This document shows, in pieces, positions 28,674 through 38,511 of a stretch of 64,000 nucleotides of DNA. The notes beneath the pieces were generated by a model. The model had not been told where the DNA came from. It ran no database searches and worked only from the letters and a program-made list of their open reading frames with translations. The DNA is from Candidatus Chisholmbacteria bacterium. Its GTDB lineage: Bacteria; Patescibacteriota; Microgenomatia; UBA1400; Chisholmbacteraceae. The stretch's first letter is position 1, and each line of letters starts with the position of its first letter. The stretch covers positions 65,547 to 129,546 of the forward strand of contig CAVPHZ010000001.1 in the NCBI GenBank assembly GCA_963704905.1. Reading direction: 5' to 3'. The translations under genes and the position numbers were made by a program.

Positions 28674-30320
28674 ATGAATCAAATTTCCACTGAACATCCA
28701 GTTGCGTATTTTTGCGCTGAGTATGGTCTACAAGCTGATCTCCCCCTCTATGCTGGAGGTCTTGGAGTGTTGGCTGGTGATACTGTAAAAGCAGCTGCAG
28801 ATATCAATTTTCCTATGGTTGCCATTGGACTTTTGTATCGAAAAAATAAAGCTATTCAACACATTGATGAACATGGCTGGCAAACTGAAGAGGATCTTCT
28901 TATTGAACCTGAAAAAAGTGGTTTTGAACAAGTGAATTCTCCCGATGATCAAAGTCAGCCACTTTTCATCAAGGTTAATCTGATGAAACAAGTTGTCTGG
29001 GCAAGGGTTTGGAAACGATCGATAAATCAAGTTATTGTATATCTTCTTGATACCGATACAGACCAGAATACTTCAGATGATCGTGATGTTACACATGCTC
29101 TGTACTATGGTAGCGAAGATGACTTGATCAAGCAGCAAATGGTTCTGGGTATCGGGGGCGTTAAAATACTGGACAAACTTAATATTCGTCCAAGTATTTA
29201 TCATATTAACGAAGGTAGACCTGCATTATGTTATTGGCAACTGATTCGCAGGTTAATGGATCAGGATAAACTGACATATGAACAAGCTGCTTCAAAGGCG
29301 AGATCACTCATTGTTTATACTAACCACACTTTAGTTCGTGCCGGTAACTTGGTCTATGATCCGAGTCTTCTTGAATACTATGCTTTGTATTATGCTAATA
29401 AGATGGGAGTGACGGCTCAGGAGCTCTTAAAACCTGGAATCGATGAGCAAACCGGAAAATTTCAAATGACGAAATTTGCTCTAAATACTTCTCGTAAAGC
29501 TTCGGCTGTTAGTCGAATGCATTATGAGCTCTCCCAAACTATTTGGCCAGAATATTCCTGGGTGGGCATTACCAATGGAGTGCATCTAGCAACCTGGCAG
29601 GATGCGGATATCAGAAACTGCGATATGTTCGGTAACGATCTTTGGCAGGTCCATATGAAAAAAAAATCAAATTTAGCTCATTTTGTGAAAGAAAGAACTG
29701 GTTATATCTATAATCCGAATAGTTTAATACTCGGCTGGGCTCGCAGAATCGCAGGCTACAAACGACCAAATGCACTCTTTGAAGACATTTCCCGATTGAA
29801 GCGGATAGTACAAAACACCAATCGGCCAGTCCATATTCTTTTCTCAGGAAAAGCACATGCTAAAAATACAGCGGCAAAAAAACTCATTCAAGATATCATT
29901 CATCGAATGCAACATGAATTGTCTGGTCATATCTTGTTTATACCAAATTATGATATAGATATTGCTCAAATGTTAGTTAAGGGAGTTGATGTTTGGTTAA
30001 ATACACCCTTGCTCGGACATGAAGCCTGTGGAACTTCCGGAATGAAAGCTATAGCTAACGGAGTGCTGCAGTTAACAGTCAAGGATGGATGGGCAGCTGA
30101 GCATAACTGGGATGACACTGGATGGATACTGGATGGAACAAATGTTTCCGAGTCTTTATATACTTTACTTGAAAAAGTAATTGTACCTACGTTTTATAAC
30201 CGAGACGAATTCGGAGTTCCTCAGGCGTGGATAGAGAGAATGAAAAAGTCTATAGAGCTTGCTGAACAATACTCCGCGAAGCGTATGCTCCAAGAATACC
30301 GAGACCTTCTGTATCGGTAA
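28674..30320 (+). CDS. Alpha-glucan phosphorylase (GT35, short TIGR02094-like form)
   Basis: 'YFCAEYGLQADLPLYAGGLGVLAGD' is present. The PLP-lysine motif is 'EACGTSGMKAIANG'. Confidence 0.75.
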   Translation: MNQISTEHPVAYFCAEYGLQADLPLYAGGLGVLAGDTVKAAADINFPMVAIGLLYRKNKAIQHIDEHGWQTEEDLLIEPEKSGFEQVNSPDDQSQPLFIKVNLMKQVVWARVWKRSINQVIVYLLDTDTDQNTSDDRDVTHALYYGSEDDLIKQQMVLGIGGVKILDKLNIRPSIYHINEGRPALCYWQLIRRLMDQDKLTYEQAASKARSLIVYTNHTLVRAGNLVYDPSLLEYYALYYANKMGVTAQELLKPGIDEQTGKFQMTKFALNTSRKASAVSRMHYELSQTIWPEYSWVGITNGVHLATWQDADIRNCDMFGNDLWQVHMKKKSNLAHFVKERTGYIYNPNSLILGWARRIAGYKRPNALFEDISRLKRIVQNTNRPVHILFSGKAHAKNTAAKKLIQDIIHRMQHELSGHILFIPNYDIDIAQMLVKGVDVWLNTPLLGHEACGTSGMKAIANGVLQLTVKDGWAAEHNWDDTGWILDGTNVSESLYTLLEKVIVPTFYNRDEFGVPQAWIERMKKSIELAEQYSAKRMLQEYRDLLYR

Positions 30321-30321
30321 A

Positions 30322-32676
30322 TTAAGCGTTTTTCTTAAATATCCTCTGAAATACTGAAAGCACTTTACTCTTTTGTTTTTCTGCTGATCCTTGAGGATGA
30401 TCGGTCAACTCTTGCTCAGCATGGTGAACGATGAGGCGAGTTTTGTTGATCATATCTGGACTTACGGAAACACTTGTTGCACCCCATGATACAAGATTCT
30501 TTGTAATTTCCGGGTACATTGATGGTGCTTGTCCGCAAATTGAGCAGGCTATTCCACGACGCTTGCAGGTTCGAACGATGATTTCTAAGGCTTTCTGTAC
30601 TCCAGGATTTCTCTCATCATATACGTCAGCAACAAGTTCGTTGTCTCGGTCTGTTCCTAGCACAAGCATGGTTAAGTCATTGCTACCAATTGAGATCCCA
30701 TCAATTCCGACGTCAATGAATTCATCAAGCATGAAGACGTTATTGGGAATCTCAGCCATCATAAAGAGCTTGAAATTTTCGCTTCTTGTTAAGCCATATT
30801 TTTTCATGAGACGTTTCACTTCCACCATTTGAGAGACGGTCCGAACAAATGGAATCATGACATGAAGATTTTTATACCCTAGCTCATTTCTTACTTTCCT
30901 TACTGCCTGGATTTCCATCTTAAACACTTCGTCATCTTTGATATAACGAAATGCTCCCCTGAATCCAAGCATTGGATTTGCTTCAACTCCTTCAAATTTT
31001 TCTCCCCCTTTAAGACCCCGGTATTCATTGGTTTTAAAATCTGTCGTACGGTAAATGATCGGCCGAGGATTGAACTGTTTGCAGAATTCTTCCAAACCTT
31101 CTGCGAGTTTGTCGATGAAGAATTTTCTCCTCTTTTGCTCAATCAGTGTTCTAGGATGAACACCTATGTACTCAGATATGATGAACTCAGCCCGCAAAAG
31201 TCCAACGCCGTCCACATATTCTTTTGCTACTTTAGATGCCATTTCTGGTTCACCAAGGTTTACATAGACTTTGGTTTTAGTTTTAATATCACGAATGCTC
31301 TCAACCCCTTTGGGAAGTTCTATTTTTGAGCGTTTTATTTTCAACTCACCGTTATACACTTTTCCGTTTTGTGCATCGACCGTAATGATTTGGTTGGTTT
31401 TAAGCTTTTTCGTTGCGATCCCAGTTCCTACGATGCACGGAACACCTAATTCACGACTGACAATTGCCGCGTGGGACGTTTGTCCGCCTTGATCGGTTAC
31501 AATTGCCGCTGCTCTTTTCATTGCTGGAACAAAATCAGGAGTTGTCATTGGAGCAACAAGTATGTCTCCTTTTTGTATCTTGTCATTTTCCTCAGGGCTT
31601 TTTAGCAGTTTCACTGTTCCAACAATAATGCCTGGGCTTGCAGCTGAACCTTGAAGTAATGGTTTTGGCAGAGTACCAATGATACTTGCAGTTTCACCTA
31701 CTGATTCAACCACATCCATGGTTGTGATTGGACGAGTTTGGACAATGTATATCTTTCCATCCTCAAATGCCCATTCGACATCCTGAGGAAAGTTATAGTG
31801 CTTGTGGAGTGTTTCTCCGATTTTTGCAACTTCTACGATGGTTTCATCTGATATTTTTTGTATATTCACTTTTGCTTCTGGCACCTTCATTTCTTTCGTA
31901 TCGCCGTCTGTCTTGGTGAGCAAGACTTCTTGCTTGGATATTTCCTTCTTGTTAATTTTCCAGGTTTTTTTATCGACCTCAAAATGATCCGGAGTGACTG
32001 ATCCTTGGACAATCATTTCCCCTAATCCCCAGACAGACTCTACAACGATGACGCTTTTATCGTTATTAATCGGATTTATAGTAAACATCACACCACTTAC
32101 TTCTGACTGCACCATTTTTTGGACAGGAACTGCGATTCCAACTTTGAAGTGGTTAAAGTTCTTTTCTACCCGATAGAAAATCGCTCTTGACTCAAAAAGT
32201 GATGCCCAACACTTCTGTACAGCCTTTACAACATCTTCTTCTCCTGAGATGTTGAGATAGGTTGCTTGCTGTCCAGCAAATGAGGCATCAGGTAAATCTT
32301 CAGCTGTGGCTGATGATCGGACTGCAACTTCCTGATCTTTTATTGAAAATTTCTTGTATGCTTCGATGATTGCCTGCCTAAGGTCATCAGGAATAGGTGC
32401 ATCCAGAATGAGTTTTTTCACATTTCTGCTTGCTTCATTGAGCTTCTTTCCATCATTGACATCAAGTCCCGTGAGTACATCTTTAATTTTTTGTTGAAGT
32501 TGGTTTTGTTCTACGAAGTAAAAATATGCAGGAGCAGTCACACAAAAACCATCGGGAACCGGAATCTTAGCCTGGGTCATCTCGCCTAAGTTTGCTCCCT
32601 TCCCCCCGACCAGAGGAATGTCTTTTTTGTTGATGTCTTTAAACCAAATTGTATGTGGAAATGATGTATTCGTCAT
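30322..32676 (-). CDS. ppsA: Phosphoenolpyruvate synthase (pyruvate, water dikinase)
   Basis: At 784 aa. The N-terminus has 'VGGKGANLGEM'. The phosphohistidine domain is 'GGQTSHAAIVSRELGVPCIVG'. The C-terminal PEP-utilising TIM barrel ends in 'CGQAPS'. Confidence 0.85.
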   Translation of the reverse strand: MTNTSFPHTIWFKDINKKDIPLVGGKGANLGEMTQAKIPVPDGFCVTAPAYFYFVEQNQLQQKIKDVLTGLDVNDGKKLNEASRNVKKLILDAPIPDDLRQAIIEAYKKFSIKDQEVAVRSSATAEDLPDASFAGQQATYLNISGEEDVVKAVQKCWASLFESRAIFYRVEKNFNHFKVGIAVPVQKMVQSEVSGVMFTINPINNDKSVIVVESVWGLGEMIVQGSVTPDHFEVDKKTWKINKKEISKQEVLLTKTDGDTKEMKVPEAKVNIQKISDETIVEVAKIGETLHKHYNFPQDVEWAFEDGKIYIVQTRPITTMDVVESVGETASIIGTLPKPLLQGSAASPGIIVGTVKLLKSPEENDKIQKGDILVAPMTTPDFVPAMKRAAAIVTDQGGQTSHAAIVSRELGVPCIVGTGIATKKLKTNQIITVDAQNGKVYNGELKIKRSKIELPKGVESIRDIKTKTKVYVNLGEPEMASKVAKEYVDGVGLLRAEFIISEYIGVHPRTLIEQKRRKFFIDKLAEGLEEFCKQFNPRPIIYRTTDFKTNEYRGLKGGEKFEGVEANPMLGFRGAFRYIKDDEVFKMEIQAVRKVRNELGYKNLHVMIPFVRTVSQMVEVKRLMKKYGLTRSENFKLFMMAEIPNNVFMLDEFIDVGIDGISIGSNDLTMLVLGTDRDNELVADVYDERNPGVQKALEIIVRTCKRRGIACSICGQAPSMYPEITKNLVSWGATSVSVSPDMINKTRLIVHHAEQELTDHPQGSAEKQKSKVLSVFQRIFKKNA

Positions 32677-32778
32677 GGGCAGTACCTTTTTTTACTGTAC
32701 TTGTTGATGGTAAAGCAATTATTACGCTTGGTCAAATTGTAGTGGAAATATGACGAACTGTTTGAGAAGATAGTGAAT

Positions 32779-33723
32779 ATGTACGATGTGATTACCATCG
32801 GATCTGCTTTTCTTGATGTGCTGGTAAAGTCTCAGAGATTTAAGATTATGCAGTCAAAGGAGTTCTTGGGTGGTGTGGCCTTATGCGAGGCGTATGGAGG
32901 AAAAATGGAAGCGGATGAAATTCAACTCGCTTCTGGAGGTGGGGGAACTAATTCAGCGGTTTCGTTTGCGCGAAAAAAGTTAAAAACTGCGGTGATTGTG
33001 GAAATGGGAGTTGATGCTGCAGGGAAGATGATTCAGTCTGAACTGCTGAGAGAACATGTTGAAACAGGATTTGTAGTTGCTGAAGAAGGGGAACAGACAG
33101 GTGTTTCTGTCATTCTTATATCCGGTGATGCAGGTCGCTCGGTGATGAGTCATCGAGGTGCAAGTCGAATGCTTACACATAAAGATATTCCGTGGAAAAA
33201 GCTCAATACCCAATGGTTATATGTGACTTCTCTTGGCGGTAGACTTTCGCTACTTGAAGAGTTATGTACATTTGCGAAGCAGAAGAAGATTAAGATTGCG
33301 ATCAATCCAGGAGCTAGTGAGCTCCGTCAACCGAAACGTCTTATGAAATGCATCCGACAGGTTGATGTGTTATTTCTCAATCAAGAAGAGGCAACCATGC
33401 TCACAGGGACAGATTACAGTGATATGAAAATCTTTCGAAGTGAAAGTTGTTTGATCGGTCCAACTATTAGTGTCATTACCGCAGGTAAGAATGGTGGAAA
33501 GATTTGCTCAGATGGAGAGTGTATTTTTTATGAAGGAAAGGATACAAAACCGAGCAGTAGTTTAGGGGCTGGCGATGCTTTTGGAAGTGGGTTTATCGCC
33601 GCGCTCATCCATGAAAAGTCCATACAAACTGCGATGGATTGGGGACAAAAGAATGCAGAGTCGGTTATTAAATATCTTTCAGCAAAAGAAGGACTACTGC
33701 GACTCTCTGAACTCTCCTCATAG
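32779..33723 (+). CDS. PfkB-family sugar kinase (ribokinase-like)
   Basis: 'GGGGTNSA' and the C-terminal 'LGAGDAFGSGFIAAL'. Confidence 0.75.
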   Translation: MYDVITIGSAFLDVLVKSQRFKIMQSKEFLGGVALCEAYGGKMEADEIQLASGGGGTNSAVSFARKKLKTAVIVEMGVDAAGKMIQSELLREHVETGFVVAEEGEQTGVSVILISGDAGRSVMSHRGASRMLTHKDIPWKKLNTQWLYVTSLGGRLSLLEELCTFAKQKKIKIAINPGASELRQPKRLMKCIRQVDVLFLNQEEATMLTGTDYSDMKIFRSESCLIGPTISVITAGKNGGKICSDGECIFYEGKDTKPSSSLGAGDAFGSGFIAALIHEKSIQTAMDWGQKNAESVIKYLSAKEGLLRLSELSS

Positions 33724-33735
33724 CAAATAAACTAT

Positions 33736-34401
33736 TTATCCCAGCCAGAAATGCTTGAATCTAATTGCAATGTCAATCACTTTATTTTTTCGTAGTTTGC
33801 GGATAAGACTTTTCCTCATGTGGAAAAGACCTGGCAGGACGGATAAGAAAATGATCGTTAGAACAATTGGTAATAAATACTTGTCAACACCAGGAATTAT
33901 TTTTCCTAAGTAATAGCCAGCCAACGACATGCCTGCACCCCAAAACAGACCCCCAAGTATATTGTAGGTGATGAATTTCTGGTATTTCATCTCTGCCATG
34001 CCGGCAACAATCGGGACAAAGGTTCTCACTGCTGGAATAAACCGGGCAAGGATGAGTGTTTTCCCACCGTGTGAATCGTAAAAATCCTGAGCTTGTTCCA
34101 TGTGTTCTTTTTTAAAGAAAAATGAATCTCTTTGGCGCATAAGCCACCGTCCAAATTTGTTTCCCATCCAATATCCGGCGCTATCGCCGCCAATCGCACC
34201 TATTACTACAATTGGCACTAGAACATGAATATTCATGAATCCCTGAGAAGCAAGAAATCCGGCTGTAAATAACAGACTATCGCCGGGAAGAAAGAAGCCA
34301 AAAAAGAGGCCGGATTCAGCAAAAACGATTGAGAAGATACCCAAATATCCTATGGTTTTAATAAGCTCTGTGAGATCGATGTCAATAAATGGTATATGCA
34401 T
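33736..34401 (-). CDS. DedA-family (SNARE-associated/VTT) membrane protein
   Basis: 'ESGLFFGFFLPGDSLLFTAGFLAS' is the DedA motif. A start at ATG 34401 is preferred over 34449. Confidence 0.75.
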   Translation of the reverse strand: MHIPFIDIDLTELIKTIGYLGIFSIVFAESGLFFGFFLPGDSLLFTAGFLASQGFMNIHVLVPIVVIGAIGGDSAGYWMGNKFGRWLMRQRDSFFFKKEHMEQAQDFYDSHGGKTLILARFIPAVRTFVPIVAGMAEMKYQKFITYNILGGLFWGAGMSLAGYYLGKIIPGVDKYLLPIVLTIIFLSVLPGLFHMRKSLIRKLRKNKVIDIAIRFKHFWLG

Positions 34402-34886
34402 AAATGAGAATAACCTTTCAATAATGCAAGAGATTATACTAAAAGTCAAAAGTACTTCATCTCTCTAAAAGATTTAGAAAGGGAATATTTGAATCTTTTT
34501 TCAATGATAGAGTTCAATTGCACCAAATTATTATATTCATTATTGATGTCTGAGACAGGCTATTAGATTATTGGATATTTTTGCTATACATCATAGTTGT
34601 CAGTCATAACACCGAAAAGAATTTCAAATGAGTGGGTATTGTTTAGTGTCTTATACTTCAACGCCTGCTTGTTTTCATCTCTATTTAGAAGGAGCACTAC
34701 TCACTTAACGTGTGAGTCTAAGCATTCCGTGTAGCAAAGATTTTTGGAAGTATGTTGGATTTGTTTCTCGGACACTTGAAATCAACATACCAAATGCATG
34801 CTTTCCTGGTTTTAACACATTGATTACTTTTTTCAGGTTAATCACAGGTTTTGATTTTTCTTTTTTCATGATATAACAGTACGGTT

Positions 34887-35393
34887 ATGAAAACTAGCTA
34901 TTCATTTTTATCCTTGCTCGCTTTCGGACTTGTGTTGTCATCATGTACCCTTCTACAAACACCAACACAAGAAATTCTTCCCGAAGATCTTTCCCTTACA
35001 TCTAATAATAATCAACAGACCTCTGGTTTACAACAATCTCAATCAACACAGGAGGATACCATGACTGTTACAGAGCTTCAGGTAGAAGATCTTGAATTAG
35101 GAACAGGAGCAGAGGCAACGGCAGGTTCGACCATCCAAGTGCATTATACTGGTACGTTAACGGACGGCACAAAATTCGATAGTTCACTTGACCGCGGTCG
35201 ACCGTTTCAATTTGTTCTTGGAGTTGGGGATGTCATTCAGGGATGGGATCAGGGATTCGAAGGAATGAACGTTGGAGGAAAGAGAAAACTTATAATCCCA
35301 CCTACTCTTGGTTATGGTTCTAGAGCTGTTGGATCAATACCTCCTAATTCGACACTTATTTTTGAAGTAGAGCTTCTGGGAGTAAATCCTTAA
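34887..35393 (+). CDS. FKBP-type peptidyl-prolyl isomerase, predicted lipoprotein
   Basis: Lipobox-like 'LSSCTL'. The FKBP domain is '[16 protein letters not shown]...[24 protein letters not shown]'. Confidence 0.85.
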   Translation: MKTSYSFLSLLAFGLVLSSCTLLQTPTQEILPEDLSLTSNNNQQTSGLQQSQSTQEDTMTVTELQVEDLELGTGAEATAGSTIQVHYTGTLTDGTKFDSSLDRGRPFQFVLGVGDVIQGWDQGFEGMNVGGKRKLIIPPTLGYGSRAVGSIPPNSTLIFEVELLGVNP

Positions 35394-35398
35394 GAGGC

Positions 35399-35779
35399 TC
35401 AGTTATTGGCGTAAACACGCAATACTTCTCGAATTGTATTTACCAGTTCTTCCATAGAAGTATCAGCTTTCACAAGAAGGCGGTACGCTCCAAGTGAAAC
35501 TACTTTTGCCACTTTTTCACCTTCAGCTAGGTTAGTAAAAACAATAACTGGAGTTTTTGATTTTAATTCACTTGCTCTTAAATGTTCTAAAAACCAGACT
35601 CCATCAGTCTCAGGCATAACGACGTCGAGGATAATACAGTCAACATCATTTTGTTCAAGCTTTTCCCAACCGTCTTTACCATTTATTGCTGTAATGATTT
35701 TTAATCCAGCTTTTTCTAATTTGATTTGGATTGGTTTGATCAAATCAGGGTCGTCTTCAATCACCAGGATTGTCTTCAT
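35399..35779 (-). CDS. Stand-alone response-regulator receiver protein (paralog of 23812-24189)
   Basis: 'ILVIEDD', 'DCIILDVVMPETDG', 'VIVFTN'. Confidence 0.8.
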   Translation of the reverse strand: MKTILVIEDDPDLIKPIQIKLEKAGLKIITAINGKDGWEKLEQNDVDCIILDVVMPETDGVWFLEHLRASELKSKTPVIVFTNLAEGEKVAKVVSLGAYRLLVKADTSMEELVNTIREVLRVYANN

Positions 35780-36177
35780 TTCTTTCCTCTCTTTGAGAGA
35801 AGCCGATTAATTTCATATATAATCTCATCCAAGCGTTTCTCGGCTTTGATGAAGTATTTGTGTACTCCGAGTGCCATCATCGTAGCAACTTTTTCTGGCC
35901 CGGCAGTGTTGCTGACTACAAAGACAGGTATACTTTTGTATTTTGGATTTTCTTTAATCTTGGTTAAAAACTCTAATCCATTCATAGATGGCAAGTAATA
36001 GTCTAGCCAGATGACGTCCGGTCTATTTTTCGGATCTTGTAACAATTCTAATGCTTCTTCTGCGCTAGTTGCTGCTACAGTTTCAAAACCAGTTTTTTCA
36101 AGCTTCTTTTGAATAGCCATTTTTAAAGTTCGCTCATCTTCAACTATAAGAACTCGATTGAAAGATTTGCTTATCAT
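35776..36177 (-). CDS. Stand-alone response-regulator receiver protein (paralog of 24173-24598)
   Basis: 'WLDYYLPSMNGLEFLTKIKENPKYKSIPVFVVSN...KYFIKA' parallels 'WLDHYLPGDLTGAELITRIKKQEQFKDIPIIVVSN...KYFIKS'. Confidence 0.8.
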   Translation of the reverse strand: MISKSFNRVLIVEDERTLKMAIQKKLEKTGFETVAATSAEEALELLQDPKNRPDVIWLDYYLPSMNGLEFLTKIKENPKYKSIPVFVVSNTAGPEKVATMMALGVHKYFIKAEKRLDEIIYEINRLLSKRGKK

Positions 36178-36204
36178 AGTTTCCTTTCTTGTCTAAGTGT
36201 ATCT

Positions 36205-38499
36205 TTATAGGTAAGCATCTTCAAGTGTTCGCTCTCCTTTTTTTGGAGGAGTGCCTGATAATGGGAGAGTAAACCAAAATGTTGTTCCTTTACCTTCTTT
36301 TGATTCAAACCAAATTTTACCTCCAGAAGATTGAACTACCGACTTGACGATGTAAAGTCCTAAGCCAGTCCCGTCTGGAATTACGGATCGAATGTTATCA
36401 GCACGGAAAAATTTATTAAACACTCTCCCTTGCTGATCCTCAGGTATTCCAACTCCATTATCTTGAATTTGAGATATAACGTCGTCTCCTTTTTTTGAAA
36501 TATAGATTTGGATTTCGCCATTTTCCGGTGTGTATTTCACTGCATTTGATATGAGATTTGCATATACTTGTCTGACAAGCTTAGGATCTACTGATATTTT
36601 TGGGAGTTGTTTGTGCTTACTTACTATTATGTGAAGTTTCTTTTCTTTGATTTTTGGAGTGAGCTCAACAATTACCTGATCAATGAGTTTAATAAGATCA
36701 ATTATTTCTGGTTCTATGGTTATTCTTCCCTGTTCAATTCTTGAAACATTAAGAAGAGCATTCACCAGTTCGATCATGCGATCGTTTGAGTCATACATTT
36801 GCTGAACGTATTCCTTCTGTTCTTTGTTAAGCTTCCCTGCATCACCAGAAATGAGCATTTCCGCAAACCAGCGAACTGCAGAAAGAGGAGTTCTCAGCTG
36901 ATGCGAAGCAACTGAAATAAACTCTGTCTTCATTCTGTCTACAGCCTTTTCTTTGGTGATATCTCTTTCTATCCCAACGAAATATTTCACTTCTCCTTTC
37001 ACGTCAAGAATCGGTGAGATGCTCAATGCGGCAATATATGTTTTTCCATTTTTCTTTTTATTTGTCACTTCTCCTTGCCACTTTTGTCTCTTCTTGTGAA
37101 TCGTCGTCCACATATGGTTGTAATACTTCTCATCCATCTGTCCGCCCCAAAGATTTTTTCCAGGATTTTGACCCATGACTTCAACTCGAGTATATCCAGT
37201 ATTCATCACCATTGCTTCGTTTGCATAGATAATTATCCCCTTTGCATCGGTAATGATTATTTGATCTGATGCATTTTCAACGGCTTGTAAAAATTTCTTC
37301 AAATCATCTGCAAGTCGTTCGGAGGTTTCTTTTTCTTTTTCAAGCTCGGCTGTTCGTACCTGCACCCGTTGCTCAAGTTTTCCATAAAGTCCACTCAGCT
37401 CAACAGCCATTCTTCTGAACTCCTGAGCAAGTCGTTCCACCTCATCTCCTGTATCAATATTTAATTGGTAGTCCCATTTCCCTTTTGCGATTTCTTCAGC
37501 CCCTTTCTGCAGTTTTTTTAAAGGTTCTGATATCGTGCGGCTTACTAAGTAAGCGACCAATGAAAAAAGAGCGAGTGTGAGTACTGACACGCCGATTAGT
37601 TCTTGTCTCAGTTGATCTAGCGGTGCAAATACTTCCTCAGCGTCTTGTTTAACCACTAGACCCCAACCTGCAACTAATGGGTTACCATAGGTGGCGATTA
37701 CGTCAACACCTCTATAATCTCTGGTCCTCTCTGTTCCGGATAGACCTTGAGTTGCAAGAACAATGGGGGCTCGTGAATTTTCTTCTATTTTTATCCTATT
37801 TGAGTACTCAGCATTAGAAGCATTGGTTGGTTTATTTATCAAAATAATTTCTTCTCCTTCTCGTTTTCCGAGTAAAACTTCACCGCTTTTTCCCAGACCG
37901 GTAAAATCGTTTGCAATATTTTGAATGGCATTCAGCTTCATGGTTGCGATCAAATAATGAGAAGATTCAAAGCTTAACTGCACTGATCTTTTTACAAAGA
38001 GAGAAGTTCCATTTTCAATAATTCCTACATCTGTATCTTTGTCGAGTACAGCTTTAGATTCCCAATGTTGTTGATTACTATTTCCAGATCTGGAAGATGC
38101 AGAAACTGTTCCTTCAGGTGAGATTATTGCTATCTCGTCAAACGTGGAATTGTTTACAACTGCAGTAGTTAGAATATCTAGAATATCATTCTGAGTATTT
38201 GCATTGCTTACCGCAGCTTTGGTCGCTATATTGCTTACTGTATTTGAAAGTAACTCTACTTCCTTTCTGTACATATTCACTGTCACATCTAACTGGTCTT
38301 GCTTAATACTTATAATTGATTCTACTTGCTTGAATGCTTGATCGCTAAGAAGGTTTTGTGCATTTCGAAAACTCAGATATGATAGAAGAATAACTACGGG
38401 AGTTGTGATCAATGCAATGATGAGGGTTAACTTTGATTGAATGGTGCTCAATCGATGATGTTTCAATCTTGTCTTTTGGTAGTGAGCAGTGTTTTGCAT
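36205..38499 (-). CDS. Membrane sensor histidine kinase with large extracytoplasmic (Cache-like) domain, HAMP, PAS, HisKA, HATPase_c
   Basis: Two TM segments flank an extracytoplasmic domain of about 270 aa. H-box 'ASHQLRTPL'; 'SNAVKYT', 'DNGVGI', 'GTGLGL'. Confidence 0.85.
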   Translation of the reverse strand: MQNTAHYQKTRLKHHRLSTIQSKLTLIIALITTPVVILLSYLSFRNAQNLLSDQAFKQVESIISIKQDQLDVTVNMYRKEVELLSNTVSNIATKAAVSNANTQNDILDILTTAVVNNSTFDEIAIISPEGTVSASSRSGNSNQQHWESKAVLDKDTDVGIIENGTSLFVKRSVQLSFESSHYLIATMKLNAIQNIANDFTGLGKSGEVLLGKREGEEIILINKPTNASNAEYSNRIKIEENSRAPIVLATQGLSGTERTRDYRGVDVIATYGNPLVAGWGLVVKQDAEEVFAPLDQLRQELIGVSVLTLALFSLVAYLVSRTISEPLKKLQKGAEEIAKGKWDYQLNIDTGDEVERLAQEFRRMAVELSGLYGKLEQRVQVRTAELEKEKETSERLADDLKKFLQAVENASDQIIITDAKGIIIYANEAMVMNTGYTRVEVMGQNPGKNLWGGQMDEKYYNHMWTTIHKKRQKWQGEVTNKKKNGKTYIAALSISPILDVKGEVKYFVGIERDITKEKAVDRMKTEFISVASHQLRTPLSAVRWFAEMLISGDAGKLNKEQKEYVQQMYDSNDRMIELVNALLNVSRIEQGRITIEPEIIDLIKLIDQVIVELTPKIKEKKLHIIVSKHKQLPKISVDPKLVRQVYANLISNAVKYTPENGEIQIYISKKGDDVISQIQDNGVGIPEDQQGRVFNKFFRADNIRSVIPDGTGLGLYIVKSVVQSSGGKIWFESKEGKGTTFWFTLPLSGTPPKKGERTLEDAYL

Positions 38500-38511
38500 A
38501 TCGCTTCTTGG

